DNA of 64,000 bases from Candidatus Iainarchaeum sp. (GTDB lineage Archaea; Iainarchaeota; Iainarchaeia; Iainarchaeales; Iainarchaeaceae): positions 6,661 to 70,660 of the forward strand of contig JACQPB010000039.1 in NCBI GenBank assembly GCA_016202305.1, in the 5' to 3' direction. This document shows positions 36,459-44,512 of the stretch, piece after piece. Under the pieces are notes generated by a model. It was not told where the DNA came from, did no database searches, and saw nothing but the letters and a program-made list of their open reading frames with translations. Numbering within the stretch: the first letter of the stretch is position 1; every line of letters starts with the position of its first letter. Position numbers and translations under genes: made by a program.

Positions 36459-37694
36459 ATGGAAAAGAAAGAGAGCATACTCGTTTTGTGCGTTGACAGG
36501 GACAACGACCTCGGAAAAAAGACCGGGATTCCGGGGCCCGTGATAGGCAAGGACGCCTGCATCAAGGCGGCAGCGAGGCTGGCCCTCGCCGACCCCACGG
36601 ACTCGGACTCGAACAGCATGTTCGGGGCGGTGAGGAAATATGAGGAAGTCAAGGAATACGCGGCCGCCGAAGTGGCCTTCCTGACAGGAGTGGGAAAAAC
36701 AGGCTTCGAATCCGACAGGAAAGTCTCCCAGCAGCTCGACATTGTCCTGGAGCAATTCCCCGCGACGGGGATAGCGCTCGTTACTGACGGGGCGGAAGAC
36801 GACGAAGTAATACCGATATTACAGGGAAGGGCCCCGATAGTTTCGAAGGAAACGATAATAGTTTCACAGGCTTCCGAGGTGGAGAGCACTTACTACACGA
36901 TAAAGCACGCCCTCCAGGACCCTGACTTCCAGAGGACATTCATATTGGTGCCCGGAATAGTGGTGCTTTTGTGGGGAATACTGGCATTCATGAATGCGCA
37001 GGAGCTCTTCTTCAGGAGCTTCCTCGTGGTGGTGGGAGCTTACCTTATCCTCAAAGGCACGGGCATTGAGGAGCGCATCGCAGGCGCAGTCTCCAGCGTT
37101 ACGAGCAGCATTTCCCTGCAGCGCGTCAGCTTCCCTTTTTACCTGATGACAATACTTTTCTTCATGTTCGGGGCATACGCATCTTTCGCCGAATTCAGCA
37201 TCCGGGACAGCAGCATAGTCTCCAGGATTTCCGAATCGGTGGGGCAGATGCTGCTCTTCCTCGCGCTCACGGCCATATCGTTTGTCGCGGGAAAAAGCGT
37301 CGACGCGATACAGCTCAAGCGCGCATACAACATCAGGAAGTATTTCCTCTCAGGCTCGGCGGTGCTCATACTCTGGTTCATACTCGACTCCGCGAGGCAG
37401 GTCATGGTCGGCAAGCCATACGCAGACATCACATGGTTCGCCACGAACGCAATCGCGAGCTTCATGCTCGGCCTCGCGGCATACAAGCTCTCACAGGCGC
37501 TGGACCTGAGCAAGAAAATAACGAAACTCCTTATAGGCCTCCCGGTCTATGCGAAGGACGGCAGGTGGATAGGCCTTGTGGAGTCAATCAACGCAAAGGA
37601 AAGCATAGAGTACAAGAACAGGCAGACCAACAAGACCGCAAAGCTGGAATCCGGCGACTTCGTGTTCAGCGAAGGAAGAATACTGATAGTGTGA
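36459..37694 (+). CDS. DUF373-family archaeal membrane protein
   Basis: N-terminus …ILVLCVDRDNDLGKKTGIPGPVIGKDACIKAAARLALADPTDSDSNSMFGAV… followed by multiple TM helices. Confidence 0.55.
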   Translation: MEKKESILVLCVDRDNDLGKKTGIPGPVIGKDACIKAAARLALADPTDSDSNSMFGAVRKYEEVKEYAAAEVAFLTGVGKTGFESDRKVSQQLDIVLEQFPATGIALVTDGAEDDEVIPILQGRAPIVSKETIIVSQASEVESTYYTIKHALQDPDFQRTFILVPGIVVLLWGILAFMNAQELFFRSFLVVVGAYLILKGTGIEERIAGAVSSVTSSISLQRVSFPFYLMTILFFMFGAYASFAEFSIRDSSIVSRISESVGQMLLFLALTAISFVAGKSVDAIQLKRAYNIRKYFLSGSAVLILWFILDSARQVMVGKPYADITWFATNAIASFMLGLAAYKLSQALDLSKKITKLLIGLPVYAKDGRWIGLVESINAKESIEYKNRQTNKTAKLESGDFVFSEGRILIV

Positions 37695-37817
37695 AAGAGG
37701 GCCAGAAATCGGCCATGGCCATTTGTGCTGCTACTCTCCGCAGTGGCTTCCTGCTTAGCCAAAAAGCATTCGCGCATGATGGCGGTCGGCCAAGCACAAG
37801 CACCCCTGAAAACGGCT

Positions 37818-39242
37818 TCACGCCGGCAAAACCTTGTTGCTAGGCAACTGCACCTTTGTACCCGACTCGAACTTCAGCAGCCTGCCGAGGCTCTTCAGCA
37901 AATCCGACTTGGCGCCAGTGTTCACGAAAGCGTTCTCAAGCACATCGGAAATGGTGGCGACTGGGATTACCCTTATGGCCTTCGCGGCATCCTCAGTCAG
38001 GACGACATCCTGCATATTCGAAACCGGGATTATGACTTCCTTGAAACCGGCCTTTATCGCCGCGGAAATCTTCGCTGTCACGCCCCCGACAGGAAGCACT
38101 TCGCCGCGCACGCTCAGCGAACCAGTCATCGCGAGGTTTTGCTTCACCGGAATCTTCTCAAGCGCAGAAACGACGGCTGTCGCGACGCTCACCGAGGCGG
38201 AATCGCCCTCGACACCGCTATAAGACTGGAGGAACTGTATGTGCAGGTCCTGCTTCGAGATGTCCTTGCCGGAAATCTTCTTTATGATGGCGGAAACGTT
38301 CTGGACCGCTTCCTTCGCAATCTCACCTAGCTTGCCTGTGGCTATCAGCTTGCCCTCGCTGCTTGACTGGGCCGGCGCAATCTCCGCCTCAATAGGCATT
38401 ATGAGGCCCGCGTCGCCGTCAGCCATCACGGCCAGGCCGTTCACGCGGCCCACGGCCGAACCCTCGCGCAGGTAAACGTCATAATCCTTCTTTTCGTCGA
38501 TTATCTTGGAAACCATCTGCTGCTCGAGCGTCTTCGCGGTCATCTTCGCCTCAAGCACATCCTGGCGCATCACAAGCTTGTGAGACTTCTCCACAGCGAT
38601 GTCACCCGCGGCCCTCACGATGCCGCCCAGGTCGCGCAACTTGAGCGTGAGCCTGCTCTTCCTGCCGGCGCGGCGCCTCGCCTCGAAAATTATTTCCTTC
38701 ACGGCCTCCATGTCAAAATGCGGAATCTTCCCGTCGTTCGTGACCTCCTGCGCCACGAACTGCACAATCCTGTTCCTGTTCTCTTCCGTGTCCTCCATGT
38801 CAAGGTTCATGTAGATTTCATACCCGTACCCGCGAATCCTGCTCCTCAAGGCAGGATGGACTTTTTCCAAATCCTCATAATTTCCCGCGGCCACCAAAAC
38901 AAAGTCGGTGGGAATTGGATCGGTCCGAGTCATCGCACCCGAACTCATCTCGCTCTGGCCCGTGATTGAATACTTCTTCTCCTGCATCGCGGTGAGGAGC
39001 TCCTGCTGGCTCTTCATGGAAAGCGTCGCAATTTCATCAAGGAAAAGCACGCCGCCGGAACTCTTGTGGATTAATCCCGGTTCAATGCGCAGGTGCGGTG
39101 GGGTCCCGAGGCCGCCGGAATTGTGGACAAGGATATCCTCGACGAAAAGATTGCCCGTCTCGGTAGTGACATTGTATACGTGGCCCCTGAAAGGGCGCTT
39201 ATGGACGGAAGTCACCTGCTCGTCTTTTGCCTTGAAATCCAT
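37818..39242 (-). CDS. lonB: LonB protease C-terminal fragment: 41-aa C-intein half plus C-extein (rest of AAA+ module and Ser-Lys protease domain)
   Basis: [41 protein letters not shown]|[30 protein letters not shown]…[10 protein letters not shown]…[23 protein letters not shown]…[14 protein letters not shown]…. Confidence 0.85.
   Translation of the reverse strand: MDFKAKDEQVTSVHKRPFRGHVYNVTTETGNLFVEDILVHNSGGLGTPPHLRIEPGLIHKSSGGVLFLDEIATLSMKSQQELLTAMQEKKYSITGQSEMSSGAMTRTDPIPTDFVLVAAGNYEDLEKVHPALRSRIRGYGYEIYMNLDMEDTEENRNRIVQFVAQEVTNDGKIPHFDMEAVKEIIFEARRRAGRKSRLTLKLRDLGGIVRAAGDIAVEKSHKLVMRQDVLEAKMTAKTLEQQMVSKIIDEKKDYDVYLREGSAVGRVNGLAVMADGDAGLIMPIEAEIAPAQSSSEGKLIATGKLGEIAKEAVQNVSAIIKKISGKDISKQDLHIQFLQSYSGVEGDSASVSVATAVVSALEKIPVKQNLAMTGSLSVRGEVLPVGGVTAKISAAIKAGFKEVIIPVSNMQDVVLTEDAAKAIRVIPVATISDVLENAFVNTGAKSDLLKSLGRLLKFESGTKVQLPSNKVLPA
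39120..39242 (-). other. C-terminal half of a split intein (blocks F/G, …VHN followed by Ser+1)
   Basis: It begins at the ORF's own ATG (39242) and ends with AAT (Asn) at 39120-39122. The next codon, TCC (Ser), starts the conserved SGGLGTP. Confidence 0.8.
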
Positions 39243-39260
39243 GTTAGACTATTGGTTGCA

Positions 39261-39271
39261 AAATTATTAAA
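39261..39271 (-). promoter_or_regulatory. TATA-like box for the LonB C-fragment (possible leaderless transcript)
   Basis: On the minus strand, TTTAATAATTT lies with ~21 nt between the box and the ATG at 39242. No SD is visible. Confidence 0.4.
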
Positions 39272-39565
39272 TAGGTTGTATTGCGCCCTATGTTGGCGAT
39301 TTGTTGGCGGAAAAGGACAGGTGGAAGTGTAAAAAATGTGGCGTTGAGATAGGGGCCATAACCAGTATTTGCATGACGGAATGTGCGATGACTGCTTCTT
39401 CACGGAATATTTTCCGGAAGATGAAAAGGCACGCAGGAAAAGGCTTGTTATACTTCCGCATAAATAAAAATTGAAGGAATGTTTGCTTGCAAACTTATAA
39501 CAATGGCCGTTTCAATAATGGAACGTGTGTTTCAAGGCGGGAATAAATCAGGATACCGACACAAC

Positions 39566-39638
39566 TGGGAGCGGCAGGACTCGAACCTGCAACCCCTGCC
39601 ACATCGGGGCAGTGCACTAGCCATTGTGCTACGCTCCC
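39566..39638 (-). tRNA. tRNA-like gene with a canonical 73-nt cloverleaf; anticodon by position is GAU (Ile) but the anticodon loop is atypical (CCGAUGU)
   Basis: Hand fold: GGGAGCG-UA-GCAC-AAUGGCUA-GUGC-A-CUGCC-CCGAUGU-GGCAG-GGGUU-GCAGG-UUCGAGU-CCUGC-CGCUCCC-A. All stems are perfect. CCA is not encoded. Confidence 0.7.
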
Positions 39639-39651
39639 ACTCTAAATAAAC

Positions 39652-39984
39652 TTACAACCAGACGTTATTTGATAAGCCCAGCCTCTTCAACCTCGCCCTT
39701 GTTCCCCCGTGCCGCCCCTGCAATATTTTTGTGATTTCCTCTATCGTTTTTCCGGCATTGTACAAATCTGCGAGTTGTTTTTCCTGGGCATCGTCCCAGG
39801 GCTCGTATGCGTTTGGGGTTTCCTGCATGTCCCGCAGGGGCTTTTCATATGCAAGTTGCCGCTTCAATTTCAGGAGCAAATCCATATATTGCCTGAGATT
39901 TGCCCTGTTCTGCCGGCGTTGCCTGACCAGATACATTAGTTTGTTTTTGAGTTCACTCACTTTATCCACATTGCAATCGCCCAT
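39652..39984 (-). CDS. small protein with a C-terminal helix-turn-helix (110 aa)
   Basis: …WDDAQEKQLADLYNAGKTIEEITKILQGRHGGTRARLKRLGL (HTH pattern). It starts 4 nt after the LAGLIDADG ORF stop and ends 13 nt before the tRNA. Confidence 0.45.
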   Translation of the reverse strand: MGDCNVDKVSELKNKLMYLVRQRRQNRANLRQYMDLLLKLKRQLAYEKPLRDMQETPNAYEPWDDAQEKQLADLYNAGKTIEEITKILQGRHGGTRARLKRLGLSNNVWL

Positions 39985-39988
39985 TGGT

Positions 39989-41029
39989 TCAATTCGGCAC
40001 GACTTTTTGGCCAGTAGGGGGCAAGCCCATGTTGTCGTGCGGGTAGGTTGCCTCTTTCACTCTGCTCTCGAGCCTTTCCTTTTTGTCTTTGGCGTACCGC
40101 AAACCGAACTTTTTGTTGAATTTTATTACTTTTTCTCGATGAGTTTGGAAGAATATCCTGTAACAATAACTTGTGTGCCCATCCTTCCTTTGTGTTGGCT
40201 GGCATAATTCTTTTCTGAGGTTTGGCGTTGTGGCCAAGCCAACTTTGGCGCACAGCTGCTTTAGCTCCTGAAGGTATGCCCTATGCTCGTTTTCAAGCAT
40301 ATCAATTTTGCTCAAGCCTAAGGCAAAGTCTGTGAACCTCTTTGCCCAAGACCACCGGGGGTCGCCTCTAAACCGTGGAACGGAAACTTCCGAGGCAAGC
40401 AAGCCGTCAAGGAAAGCAATCTTCTTTGTGTACGCCAAACCAAACACGTACCTTGGCAAGGCATACTTTGTTGAAACTTTGCTTCCTACAGGAGCACCGA
40501 GAGCTGCAAAAAAACGAACAACTGCACGGTCATAACACCGGATATTCCATGAATGACCATATTCCCCGCCTTCTACAATCTGCGTTTTTCCTTCTGCAAA
40601 TGGAAAAATGCTCAGCAAATCGGAGTGCCACAGGTCAACATCCTTTTTGTCGGAAGAAATGAATGCAATCGTGTTGAAACGAATATCAATGCCGCCATCG
40701 CCAAACAAGGTGCCGAGGATATTGAAAATAATTTTGGAATCCTTGTGGATTTGATAGAACGGAAGCAAACCTGCATCTTTCAGTTTTTGGACAACTTTGA
40801 GAGGCAGCGGAATTGCGCGCTTTTCACCTTTGGTGTGCCACCAGCGGGTCATTCCGTTTTTTACTCCGAGAATCTTTGCGGCTTTCTTGTAGCCTATTTC
40901 GGGATTTTCAGCAATGAGCTTCTGGTACTCGAAGTATTTCTTGCAGGAAAATTGTTCCTCTGCAGAATATGTGTTGATTATGTCCTGTTCGGTTATAATG
41001 GGTTGCTTTACAACCATGCCTGCAATCAT
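39989..41029 (-). CDS. free-standing double-motif LAGLIDADG homing-endonuclease-like protein with an N-terminal HTH
   Basis: NILGTLFGDGGIDIR (motif 1) and KIAFLDGLLASEVSVP (motif 2). N-terminal …IGYKKAAKILGVKNGMTRWWH. ATG at 41029 (MIAGMVV…) is preferred over the 41149 extension. Confidence 0.75.
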   Translation of the reverse strand: MIAGMVVKQPIITEQDIINTYSAEEQFSCKKYFEYQKLIAENPEIGYKKAAKILGVKNGMTRWWHTKGEKRAIPLPLKVVQKLKDAGLLPFYQIHKDSKIIFNILGTLFGDGGIDIRFNTIAFISSDKKDVDLWHSDLLSIFPFAEGKTQIVEGGEYGHSWNIRCYDRAVVRFFAALGAPVGSKVSTKYALPRYVFGLAYTKKIAFLDGLLASEVSVPRFRGDPRWSWAKRFTDFALGLSKIDMLENEHRAYLQELKQLCAKVGLATTPNLRKELCQPTQRKDGHTSYCYRIFFQTHREKVIKFNKKFGLRYAKDKKERLESRVKEATYPHDNMGLPPTGQKVVPN

Positions 41030-41124
41030 TTCACAAACCCCCTCTTTAGAAGCAGATTGGTTCGTTTGCCCCTTGCTCGCAAAACAATTGCCAGTGACAG
41101 AAGATATATTGCTTTGCAGACAGG

Positions 41125-41137
41125 TCATTGCCGGTGC
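41125..41137 (-). promoter_or_regulatory. solo copy of the TnpB-IS left-end 13-mer (GCACCGGCAATGA on the minus strand) with a downstream A/T box, upstream of the LAGLIDADG gene
   Basis: The plus strand reads TCATTGCCGGTGC, identical to 11304-11316 and 56343-56355. It is followed (minus strand) by CCTGTCT…AATATAT at the same spacing as CCTCTCT…TTATAAG in the IS copies. Confidence 0.5.
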
Positions 41138-41139
41138 CG

Positions 41140-41286
41140 TCATTCCCAATCACCGCCCTCTGAAAAGTTTTTCAGAATCCAGAGCTCCCTGTCCGTCAGC
41201 TCCTCACCATTCTCGGCCGAGCGCACTGTCTCAATGATTTCCTCCACTGTCGGAAGAACTATTTTCAATTCTTTCAAAAACTCCAT
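41140..41286 (-). CDS. 48-aa acidic micro-protein (MEFLKELKIVLPTVEEIIETVRSAENGEELTDRELWILKNFSEGGDWE)
   Basis: Hand-translated. GGAGGTGG lies 5 nt upstream of the ATG at 41286. TGA stop at 41140-41142. Confidence 0.35.
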   Translation of the reverse strand: MEFLKELKIVLPTVEEIIETVRSAENGEELTDRELWILKNFSEGGDWE

Positions 41287-41290
41287 TCGA

Positions 41291-41437
41291 GCCACCTCCG
41301 GGAAAGGAATTTTTTCCGGAGATTTTTTTTCGCGGGCGGGGGCATTAAATCCTTTGCCCCTCCTCCGCGCATCAAGAGGGGGAAAGGTTTAAGCATCCCG
41401 ACCGCGCAAAATTCGGAAAAAATTCCGAGGAGGTGGC
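41291..41437. repeat. long-range inverted repeat (9 + 13 bp) that can pair the micro-ORF SD with an upstream anti-SD
   Basis: GCCACCTCC (41291-99) pairs with GGAGGTGGC (41429-37). GGAATTTTTTCCG (41306-18) pairs with CGGAAAAAATTCC (41414-26). Confidence 0.7.
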
Positions 41438-41497
41438 GAGAGTTTGAAATAAAGAGTTCTTCTCAAAAGAGGAATTCGAGGGGAAGAATTACTCCGG

Positions 41498-42529
41498 TCA
41501 TTTGGCAATTGCAAGCAATTGTTCCCTTATGAGTTTGATGAGCCTGTCGCCAGCAGAAATTTTTGCAGCCTCTTTTTCAGCATCGGAGACATCCACCTTG
41601 TGCTCGGGAGTGAGGGATATTTTCTTTTGGCCGAGGCTTATGTCCACGAGTTCGCCTTCGTGCGACCTCCTGTTCAAAGAAAGTATCCTCGAAAGCACCG
41701 GCTTGCCGTTTTTGTAGCCTAGAGTGTAAATCTTCTCTTCGGCAGGGAGCATTATCGCTTCGTATCCCTTCTCCACTTTGATTATTTCTTTCGGATATTT
41801 CTGCCTCATTTCGTCCCAAAGCTCTGCAAAGGGCTTTTTCATGAATTCAGGCGCGCTATTGCCTTCTTTTTTATTTTTGAGCTTTATATAAAGCTCATTG
41901 AAGCCATAATGGCACTGAAGCGGGTCATGCCTCACATCACCAAGCAGCGCTCCCGCCCTCGCCCCCGTGGCCTCGAAGAAAGGCGCAACCTTTTTGCCCG
42001 CGTTGTTGACGAGTAGCTTGGGGACCACGATGCCGACCTTCATGCGCATCTGCGACCCTAGCGCGAACCCAATCATGAGGAAGCCGCCGAGAATGAGGGT
42101 GGCCGCGTACACGACATCTGGGACAAGCTTGAGCGCCCATATCACGTAACTGAGGAGGAACCAGCCCATCGGCAGGATTATGCCGATTACGCGCATGTTG
42201 TCGTCCTGCGCCCTGCTCTCCAGCCTCGCCTGCTCCAGTATCCTCTGGCCATCGCCCGCCTTGACGGACTTCACGGCAGGATTGTTCTGGTCCTCGTCGT
42301 TCGGGTACACCAGCACGTCCAGGAGCTTCTGCACCGGCATTATCTCCGACATCGCCTTCGCAATCATCGACTTTCCAGTGCCCGGAAGGCCCACAAGAAG
42401 CACGTTCCTGCGCTGGACCGCCGCCTTCCGGATGAGTTCCGCGGCATTTTCCTGCCCGACAATCTGCTCGAGCAGAAGCTTCGGCACCGGAACATCCTTC
42501 GTGGAGGAAAGCTTGAGGAAATCAGGCAT
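41498..42529 (-). CDS. lonB: LonB protease N-terminal fragment: N-extein (Walker A plus membrane anchor) plus 138-aa N-intein half, ending in a stop
   Basis: …EQIVGQENAAELIRKAAVQRRNVLLVGLPGTGKSMIAKAM…, two TM helices, …FFEATGARAGALLGDVRHDPLQ|CHYGFNELYI…LVDISLGQKKISLTPEHKV…LLAIAK*. Confidence 0.85.
   Translation of the reverse strand: MPDFLKLSSTKDVPVPKLLLEQIVGQENAAELIRKAAVQRRNVLLVGLPGTGKSMIAKAMSEIMPVQKLLDVLVYPNDEDQNNPAVKSVKAGDGQRILEQARLESRAQDDNMRVIGIILPMGWFLLSYVIWALKLVPDVVYAATLILGGFLMIGFALGSQMRMKVGIVVPKLLVNNAGKKVAPFFEATGARAGALLGDVRHDPLQCHYGFNELYIKLKNKKEGNSAPEFMKKPFAELWDEMRQKYPKEIIKVEKGYEAIMLPAEEKIYTLGYKNGKPVLSRILSLNRRSHEGELVDISLGQKKISLTPEHKVDVSDAEKEAAKISAGDRLIKLIREQLLAIAK
41501..41914 (-). 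other. N-terminal half of a split intein (Cys1, block-B-like TPEH)
   Basis: Cys codon TGC at 41912-41914 directly follows the conserved DVRHDPLQ. There are 138 aa to the TGA at 41498-41500. Confidence 0.8.
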
Positions 42530-42716
42530 ATTTTATATACATCCCACACGGACTTAAATAGGTTGGTGGTGCAAGGGAAAAAAGCCCTGTGAGGCACACA
42601 CTTTGGGGCACAAATTTGACGGAGCTCTCACGCATTCAAGGCTTTCGGGAAACGTCAGTTACCCCATCCGCCCCCCGACGTCAGGCTTATATTCCACCCA
42701 ATTGTCAATTACACAT

Positions 42717-43466
42717 ATGAAACAAGGGCCTGTCAAAGGGCGGCGCTCGAACAGAGAGCGCATGTGGAAGCCCGGAAGATTCCAGTCAATGATTCCCGAT
42801 GAGGTTATGTACACTGCAGGAATCAAGGCGCTTGTCAGGCGCATGCAGGGAAGAAAGGCCGGAGGCCTAATAAGCGACTTTTTGCGTGCACGAAGAGGGC
42901 TGCGCGCAACAGGAGTGAAAATAGCGGGTGCCGGAAAGCTTGTAGTTGAAGACATAACCAACCGCGTGGATGGGTATACCGGAAATGCATTCTACAAAGT
43001 CACCCTCGGCAGGCGGTCATTTTTTGTCAAGGAGTATGAAAGGGGAAAGGCGCGCGAGAAACTCAGGCCCCAATATGACCTCGCTGCACAGCAGATGTCG
43101 GCCATGAGGGAGGCGAGCGCACTGATTGCAAAAGCCGAACTCCCCAATGTGGCCGTTGCGGAATACAGCCTCGGCTATACAGGGAAGACCCACTCGTGGA
43201 TTGTGAGCGACTTCTATGAGGGAGAAACTGTCGGGTGGGCAAGAGCGCATATCCCTAATGAAATCTTGCCTATAGAATCTGGCTCGCCTACAACTATTCC
43301 GTGGGCAAGAGCGCATATCCCTAATGAAATCTGGGTGCAGACGGAGCTTGCAACCTCCATTCTGAGGGCAAAGGGCTTTGTGGACGTCACAGCAGTTAAT
43401 ATGCTCTGGTGCCCGAAACTGGAAAAAATCGTCATTATCGATTTGCGCAAAGTCCGGCTTCCGTAA
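42717..43466 (+). CDS. hypothetical protein, possibly with a kinase-like fold (249 aa from MKQGPVKG…)
   Basis: …FYKVTLGRRSFFVKEY…, …WIVSDFYEGE…, …KIVIIDLRK… loosely recall small atypical kinases. It contains an internal 22-aa partial duplication. Confidence 0.4.
   Translation: MKQGPVKGRRSNRERMWKPGRFQSMIPDEVMYTAGIKALVRRMQGRKAGGLISDFLRARRGLRATGVKIAGAGKLVVEDITNRVDGYTGNAFYKVTLGRRSFFVKEYERGKAREKLRPQYDLAAQQMSAMREASALIAKAELPNVAVAEYSLGYTGKTHSWIVSDFYEGETVGWARAHIPNEILPIESGSPTTIPWARAHIPNEIWVQTELATSILRAKGFVDVTAVNMLWCPKLEKIVIIDLRKVRLP
43235..43332 (+). repeat. perfect 32-bp direct repeat 66 bp apart (in frame) inside the kinase-like ORF
   Basis: GTGGGCAAGAGCGCATATCCCTAATGAAATCT at 43235-43266 and 43301-43332. 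It encodes WARAHIPNEI twice. Confidence 0.85.
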
Positions 43467-43538
43467 CAGCCGTAGCCCCATCGCGCCGCGCTTTCATGCA
43501 GACAACCGGCGGCCATAGCTGTGTTTTTAATTCGTTAG

Positions 43539-44468
43539 ATGGAAAATCAATCCATGGCCGAACCCATAAAAATCGTCTTCCTCGGCACGAGCGCGAGCGT
43601 GCCAACGAAAGAGAGGAACCTCAGCAGCGTCGCAATCAGGTTCGAGGGCGAATGGCTGCTCTTCGACGCCCCCGAAGGCACGCAGAGGCAGATGATGATG
43701 GCCAAGACGAGCTACCTCAAGATAAACCACCTCTTCATATCGCACCTCCACGCCGACCACATACTCGGCCTCGGAGGCCTGCTCGCCACCATGAACATAC
43801 ACGGGCGCGACTGGCCGCTGACTGTATACGGCCCGAAAGGGATAGACGAAGCGGTAAGGGCCTCGACCGAACTCGCGATGCTCCAGCCCGGCTTCGAGGT
43901 GAAGTGCGTGCAGTCAAGGAAAGGGACCGTGCTCGAAACCGACAAGTTCACAATCTCTGCCGTGCCGCTCGACCACGAAATACCGTGCTTCGGCTACATT
44001 TTCACGGAGCGCGACAAGGCCGGGGAATTCGACAGGCAAAAAGCCGTTTCCCTCGGCATCCCGATAGGGCCGCTGTTCAGCGACCTGCAGAAAGGGAACA
44101 AGGTCAAGGTCGGCGGAAATACCGTAAGGCCGGAGGACGTCATGGACACATCCAAGGCGCGCAGGGGAAGGAAAATATCCATAATATTCGACACGCTCCC
44201 GTCGCAGGGCTACATGAAGGCGATAAAAGACTCGGACATACTCATACACGAATCCTCGTTCCTCAGCGACATGAAGGCACGCGCGGAGGAAACCAAGCAC
44301 TCCACGGCCCTCGACGCCGCAAGGGCCGCGAGGCAGGCGAAATGCAAAAAGCTCGTGCTGTTCCACCTCAGCGCAAGGCACAAGGAAAACGAGAAGTTCG
44401 AGAACGAGGCCCGCGAGGAATTCCACGACGTGACAGTCGCGAAAGACCTGATGGAGATGGATCTCTAG
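43539..44468 (+). CDS. rnz: ribonuclease Z (tRNA 3' endonuclease, metallo-beta-lactamase fold)
   Basis: IKIVFLGTSASVPTKERNLSSVAIRFEGEWLLFDAPEGTQRQM…INHLFISHLHADHILGLGGLL…. Confidence 0.85.
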   Translation: MENQSMAEPIKIVFLGTSASVPTKERNLSSVAIRFEGEWLLFDAPEGTQRQMMMAKTSYLKINHLFISHLHADHILGLGGLLATMNIHGRDWPLTVYGPKGIDEAVRASTELAMLQPGFEVKCVQSRKGTVLETDKFTISAVPLDHEIPCFGYIFTERDKAGEFDRQKAVSLGIPIGPLFSDLQKGNKVKVGGNTVRPEDVMDTSKARRGRKISIIFDTLPSQGYMKAIKDSDILIHESSFLSDMKARAEETKHSTALDAARAARQAKCKKLVLFHLSARHKENEKFENEAREEFHDVTVAKDLMEMDL

Positions 44469-44512
44469 GGAGCCGCGGCAGAGGCCCGATCGCCGCTTGG
44501 CTGTTGACAATT

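Noticed and set aside
39301-39470. Possible frameshifted zinc-ribbon gene on the plus strand in the Lon gap (…WKCKKCGVEIG… in one frame, …GMCDDCFFTEYFPEDEKARRKRL… in another)
   Set aside because: It needs both a non-ATG start and a frameshift to make sense, and there is no SD or promoter evidence. It is recorded only as a possible decayed gene.
39566-39638. Alternative reading of the tRNA as tRNA-His (GUG) using a 3-nt-shifted anticodon arm
   Set aside because: It requires a non-standard cloverleaf geometry (4 nt between the D and anticodon stems, a 2-nt variable loop, a G-A pair). A73 with U at position -1 is also atypical for tRNA-His. It is kept only as a caveat in the finding.
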